The position numbers and the translations under genes are program-made. The notes beneath the pieces are model-generated. The model ran no database searches, was not told the origin of the DNA, and saw only the letters and a list, made by a program, of their open reading frames with translations. From Psammoneis japonica (lineage: Eukaryota): DNA of 64,000 nucleotides. This document shows, piece by piece, positions 58,916 through 64,000 of this stretch; positions within the stretch are counted from its first letter, which is position 1; every line of letters begins with the position of its first letter. The stretch spans positions 434,001 through 498,000 of the forward strand of contig QPGO01000031.1 in assembly GCA_008632985.1 (NCBI GenBank). The letters are read 5' to 3'.

Positions 58916-60655
58916 ATGGACATGTCTGAAGATTCCATGACGAGAGTCCATCCTCTCGAAATGTTTATCCTTTCTCAGGACAATCTGTTTGGAACACGCA
59001 TCGATCAAACGATAAACAAGCCGGGATGGTCGGCGCGTCCCTCTCGCAACGAAAGCACCAGTGCCAATGACCGTCAAGCATTGAAGGAATTGTGCCGTAA
59101 GGGTATACCACCACCTCTACGGTGTGCCACTTGGGTCACCAATGTTACGTGGACGACTCATCCCGAAATGACCAAACAAGAAGCGGACGAACACGGTACT
59201 CTGAAACGTGTGCAAGTGTTAGAACACGGATGGGATTATGTGATGAAATCGTGCTTTCCCGATGAATCCGACGAACGTGATGCGGCCATTCCTGATTTTG
59301 GTTTGGGAAAGGAGCACTTGGAAACGCTCCAGAGTCGAGATCATGGAGGTGCTATTCCTGAAAAAGGACTCAAGTCTCTGAAACGGGTCTTGTATGCTGC
59401 AAACCAGTCATTGGGAATCGAGTACTGTCCCTTGCTGCCTGATATTACTGCAATCTTGTTAACTGTAATGGAAGAGTCGTATGCATATGCCGTGATTCGA
59501 GAAATGCTACACGGTGATTCGTCAAGATACTTTGGTCTGACAAGGGTAGAGCACGTGGCCTGGTGCAAGACCTTTGGAGATCTTGTCAAGAGACGGTATC
59601 CTCAGACATATTATGCAATGGAAGGAATTGGTGCATTAAAGCCCAGTGCGTTGGATCCAATCTTTAAACGATTTTTTGTGACGGTATTGAAGAAGGAACA
59701 CGTGCTTCGGATAATGGATCTTTACACGCTGGAAGGAGCAAAAGTTCTGCTGCGAATCGGAGTCGCATTGGTGAGCCTGTATCATGCGCACATGCTAGAC
59801 TACAATATTCAAGATGCTACATCATGGTGGACAGGAGTGAGCAAGTTTGCGTACTCCAAGGATTTCAACTTTGAAATATTTTTACAACATCAAGCCTATT
59901 GGGTAAAGAGTGGCAGCAGTTTCTTTAGTCGAGCACCCTTTCCCACTCGGTCCTCGATTGAACGGATGCTTTCAAAGAATGAGGAATGGGCAAAGGAGAA
60001 TCCATCGTATCAAGCTACAATTGAACGAGAAACCCCAATTGGCTTTGTGGAGAATGAAGTTCCTGTTGTTCTCGCAAAGCATTCTGCCGACCGAGCCGTT
60101 CTCACAGAGTGGTTGCCTGCGTCTCTCAAGTCCACGAAACTGGACTTGATTTACTCCTCCAATGTGGACGGCAGATCTGTGGAATTGTTTTACACGCATT
60201 GTGCAAGAACTAGACATACCATTACTCTCTTGGAGGTACTCGGAACGGATAAGATATTGGGAATGTTTGCGACACACACGTGGCACAACAATGCTCGCGG
60301 CTACGGAGACGGAGAATGCTTTCTCTTTCGATTACACCCCGATCCGGTATGTTATAAATGGAATCCACCCGCGGCGGGCGACACAAAGGCACAAATGGCG
60401 GATCAATTCATGATAAGTGGTGACAATTTCATTTCCATGGGTGTCGGCAAGGACGGCGCTAGTGGATTGAGACTCAATGACGATTTGACTAGTGCCACGT
60501 CATCCCCAGCAATGGGCTTTGGCGATGCAAGCCTCCTCGGAAACGATGGACAGGTCTTTGATGTTGGTTTGGTGGAAGTGTATCGTCTTGTACGTGAAGT
60601 AGACGGCAAGCCAATTGATGGCGGAGAGGAGGACTGGAAGGCAATGTTTGACTAG
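58916..60655 (+). CDS. Rab-GAP TBC + TLDc domain protein (TBC1D24-like architecture)
   Basis: 'LKELCRKGIPPPLR..W', 'YCPLLPDI'; TLDc 'LIYSSNVDGRS..FY..LGMFA..YGDGECFLF..VEVY'. Confidence 0.85.
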   Translation: MDMSEDSMTRVHPLEMFILSQDNLFGTRIDQTINKPGWSARPSRNESTSANDRQALKELCRKGIPPPLRCATWVTNVTWTTHPEMTKQEADEHGTLKRVQVLEHGWDYVMKSCFPDESDERDAAIPDFGLGKEHLETLQSRDHGGAIPEKGLKSLKRVLYAANQSLGIEYCPLLPDITAILLTVMEESYAYAVIREMLHGDSSRYFGLTRVEHVAWCKTFGDLVKRRYPQTYYAMEGIGALKPSALDPIFKRFFVTVLKKEHVLRIMDLYTLEGAKVLLRIGVALVSLYHAHMLDYNIQDATSWWTGVSKFAYSKDFNFEIFLQHQAYWVKSGSSFFSRAPFPTRSSIERMLSKNEEWAKENPSYQATIERETPIGFVENEVPVVLAKHSADRAVLTEWLPASLKSTKLDLIYSSNVDGRSVELFYTHCARTRHTITLLEVLGTDKILGMFATHTWHNNARGYGDGECFLFRLHPDPVCYKWNPPAAGDTKAQMADQFMISGDNFISMGVGKDGASGLRLNDDLTSATSSPAMGFGDASLLGNDGQVFDVGLVEVYRLVREVDGKPIDGGEEDWKAMFD

Positions 60656-62041
60656 TCCGTCATGGACAACCGTACGCATGAACACTCTCTGTTGTCAATA
60701 CTTCGAAGCCAGCTGCCGATGATAGTAGACAGTCGCTATTATTTTTAAAATAGCTTGTCTAATCGAAATGAATGTGCTATTCTTTATTCTCTCTATCTGT
60801 ACCAAGATTATTCTCTAGAGACTAATCGATCAGCACCCCCGTGCTTTTACGTCTATGAGTCAGTCCGTCTCGCCATGAATATGACTTCTTTTTTTTGCTC
60901 TGCATTGTTGTTGACTATTGACGATGATGAGGTTGCGGCGATTTTTTTTATGTTGGACCTCCACGCTTCGGCCTCCTCAATTTAGCATTTCTTTCGTTCA
61001 AAATCACCTTCCTCTCCGTTACCAGAACGAATGCGTGGGCCGAATACTGATCCATTTCGACGTTTGTTTCAGTCGCGTAAGGAGGTGTAAAATTCCACGT
61101 AGGTGGAAATCTTGTCCTTCTGATGACATTGTCCTTTTTTAGAAGTTTGAGGAACATAACCATCGACTTCACTCACGATGGAAGCTCGAAAGGTCGTGCA
61201 ATCGACACTCGAGAATCGAGAAAGCACAGATCCACCTACATGCGTTCTTGAGGCGGAGGCCGTACCAAGGTTTGCTGTGATGATGGCGGCACAAGCAATT
61301 TCTTAGAGATCATTTTTCTCGGCTGTACAAAAAAGACTAAGAGAATTGGAATGATTACCATCGCAGGAAAGCGAGACTGCCGATTGACCGTTGCGTTCCG
61401 TCTCATTGAGTTACAGTCCTGCAGTCCCACCACGACCACTTCCCTTCGCCCAGCGATTGCGTCATTTCTTCATCATATCATGCTAACTAACAGAACAAAC
61501 TATCAATCACGACGAGTTTGACGAAAGAACAAAGCACAAGTCAGGGACAGACAGTGCGGATCATTCGGCGATGATACAATCTCCAGTGCGCCATACATAA
61601 AAATGTGAGCTCATCCGCGAAAAGGGCACAAGTAAAATCTTGTTGGGGCTTTTATCGTGAGGCGTGTTGGGCATAATAAATATTTCGTGAGGTCCTTATC
61701 CTCCTGTTGGAATTTGTATATAATATTGATTAGTACTATTGTGAAAATCTACTAAAAATTTACACCTAACGCATATTCCTTAAGTAAAACTATGACCGCC
61801 CGACAATGGATCACTTTTTCGAAATCCTGCGCTTGAGGGTGAAAAGAATGCCCAACAGGTTTCCACATTTGCGATTCAAATTTTAGATGAACCGCACTCG
61901 AATGTTGAGGTGATTTCTCGATTCAACGCTCGATTTGCAAATAACAAGACTCCATTGTGGCCACGGTGTGTGATTTGGAGACTTCACACAACTTTCCTTT
62001 TGCACGAGCGTAAACTCGCTAATCACAGCACAGTCATCACC

Positions 62042-62830
62042 ATGTATCACAAACTCTGGAATAGCATGTTTGAACGCCTGGAAAGGTACAAGTCCGTCCA
62101 CGGCCATTGCAGGGTTCCACCTCACTACGCTGAAGAGCCCAAGCTTGGTACGTGGGTGAGATTTACATCTTGTTCATTGTGTTTTTGTGTAAATTAATGT
62201 GCTCACATTCATTTATGTATTTGCACACAAATGCCTCAACGAAGGGACGTGGGTGATGAATCAAAGAACTAACAAGAAAAAGAAGCGTCTCACACAAGAA
62301 CGGATTGATCGACTGGAGTCTATTGGTTTTGAATGGAGTGTTCGACAACAAGAAACATGGGATTCTGTTTTCGAGAGGCTCGTGGAGTATAAACAGAAAT
62401 ACGGGGATTGCCTCGTGCCTACTGAATACTCACAGGATCCTAAATTAGGTAATTGGGTCAAGTCCATGACCGTGGACGCGATTTCGCCTGAAACACTCAC
62501 TCATACACGCTTGCTTCTTTTGTGCTTCTAGCGAGATGGGTCAAAATGCAAAGGTATCGCAAAGCCCTCTTGAGTAATGAGAGAATCGAACGACTCGATG
62601 CAATCGGATTTCAATGGAGCGTGCGACACCAGAAAGAAACTTGGAATGGCATGTACGAGAAGCTAGTCAAGTGGAAGAACGAAAAAGGGACTTGCAGAGT
62701 TCGTCAGGGTGAAAATCAAAAGCTTGGAAGTTGGGTGTCGGATCAAAGATACAAGAAGAAAAAGGGGCGGTTGTCTCCCGATCGGGTCAGCCTTTTGAAT
62801 TCTATTGGATTCGACTGGGGAACTAGCTAG
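62042..62830 (+). CDS. Helicase-associated (HA) repeat protein, 3 repeats, 2 introns
   Basis: Repeats of 'W..MFERL..YK..HG.C.VP..Y...PKLG.WV..QR....L..ERI.RL..IGF.W'. 5' end uncertain. Confidence 0.8.
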
Positions 62831-63240
62831 AGAGTAGCAGTACCGTTTAATATATATATATACATAAAAGGGACTTGCGTACATATTTCATCATTGCCAG
62901 TCCCAAATTTAGAATTGTTTCCGATTTTAAAGAGTGCAGTCAAACCACTTTCTATACCACCTTGTACTACTCTCCGCTGGTAAAGAGTGATTCCTGCGTT
63001 GTGATGCAACTAACGATGTCGCCATCATCTGTCCATTCCACGTTTCACGAACAGATTTGTCGCAGGAGGGGCGGTCAATGACCACAATAGGAATCAGGAA
63101 TGTCACTTTGAATGCTTCGTTGCATCCCGAGCTCACGCGCCAAAAAAGCTCTCACCCGTTATTGCGCGTGCAACGTGCGTGCAACACTCCAACGACAACC
63201 AAGTCACATCACGCATCAGCGTACCGGTACCGGTGTTCAT

Positions 63241-63900
63241 ATGACACGATCCACGATGGAGACTCCCGCCGCTACAGGACAGCAATACAAGCTGCCTTGC
63301 CCTCGCCGCATGTTTGTCAGTGACGCTCATACCGTTGAATCAGCTTCTCAGACTCTGGTACGAATCATGGGCTGCGTCGTGGACGTGTCGGAACAAACTG
63401 TGGATACTGTAGAAAAAATGTGGTGGCTCTCTCTGGATGATGGGACGGGACGGTTGCTGCGGACGACTTGTTCCCTGGAAATGGTGACACAACTTGTACC
63501 GAAAGCGCAACAATTACTTGGTAAAACTTTGGATTGTGTGGGGACAATTCAGGAAGAAAGAGAATCACAAGAGCGAGTTCTCGTTGCAGAAACTGTGGCA
63601 ATCGTGGGCGATGTGCATGCTCAGTACTTGCGATGGCTTGAAATTTGTCTGCAAGCCAAGACTGATAATACATTCCAGGATAAGTCTGTTTTCATGGCAG
63701 GTGGGTATGAGCCCCCATCACTTTGTGCAGCAGATGTGGCTCGTTTTATTCGAGTGGGTGCATCTGATGGTGGGGTGACTTTAGAAGATTTAGCGTTGGT
63801 GGGTGGAGTCGACGAAAGTACAATGCGAGACTTAGTTCAAGAGCTGCAAGTCAACGGAGAGATATATCAGCATCGACGCGGCACTTACATGCCTCTATAG
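63241..63900 (+). CDS. OB-fold + winged-helix protein, RPA32/STN1-like
   Basis: 'VRIMGCVV..LSLDDGTG..LDCVG..RWLE', then wHTH 'GVTLEDL..LVQELQVNGEIY..Y'. Confidence 0.65.
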   Translation: MTRSTMETPAATGQQYKLPCPRRMFVSDAHTVESASQTLVRIMGCVVDVSEQTVDTVEKMWWLSLDDGTGRLLRTTCSLEMVTQLVPKAQQLLGKTLDCVGTIQEERESQERVLVAETVAIVGDVHAQYLRWLEICLQAKTDNTFQDKSVFMAGGYEPPSLCAADVARFIRVGASDGGVTLEDLALVGGVDESTMRDLVQELQVNGEIYQHRRGTYMPL

Positions 63901-64000
63901 AAGGCCGAGGGAGTTTTCCTGGCTTTGAAAACTATTCATAATCTCATACGTTAGTTCATGTCACAAACAATAGACAAGAAATCTAGCATAGCAGGTTAAG

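Noticed and set aside
61600..61800. AT-rich patch as a diatom centromere
   Set aside because: Only about 200 bp; more likely ordinary intergenic or promoter DNA.

Overview
Eukaryotic nuclear DNA, most likely a diatom: it has a fucoxanthin-chlorophyll LHC gene and an ABC1 kinase with signal-peptide/ASAFAP-like targeting, short GT-AG introns, and diatom-type Copia and Plavaka transposons. About 20 host genes are interspersed with four sharply bounded tracts (~0.37-9.35 kb, ~11.4-12.65 kb, ~20.27-29.1 kb, ~33.05-36.2 kb) that are almost free of the dinucleotide TpA. Tract 1 holds a Plavaka-like DNA transposon. Tract 3 holds a full-length Ty1/Copia element with LTRs, a 5-bp TSD, PBS and PPT. Inside these elements, conserved Tyr codons (TAY) are systematically replaced by His (CAY) or Cys (TGY), and the two LTRs differ only by transitions plus one 2-bp indel. 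The few surviving TpAs sit almost only in TTA/TAA or TCTA/TAGA. This points to a repeat-targeted, context-specific TpA->CpA/TpG hypermutation (the reverse direction of fungal RIP), superimposed on CpG decay, and it is the main candidate novel system here. Several host genes carry single-base frameshifts that may be assembly errors. All counts are by eye and all domain calls are from motif recognition, not database searches.
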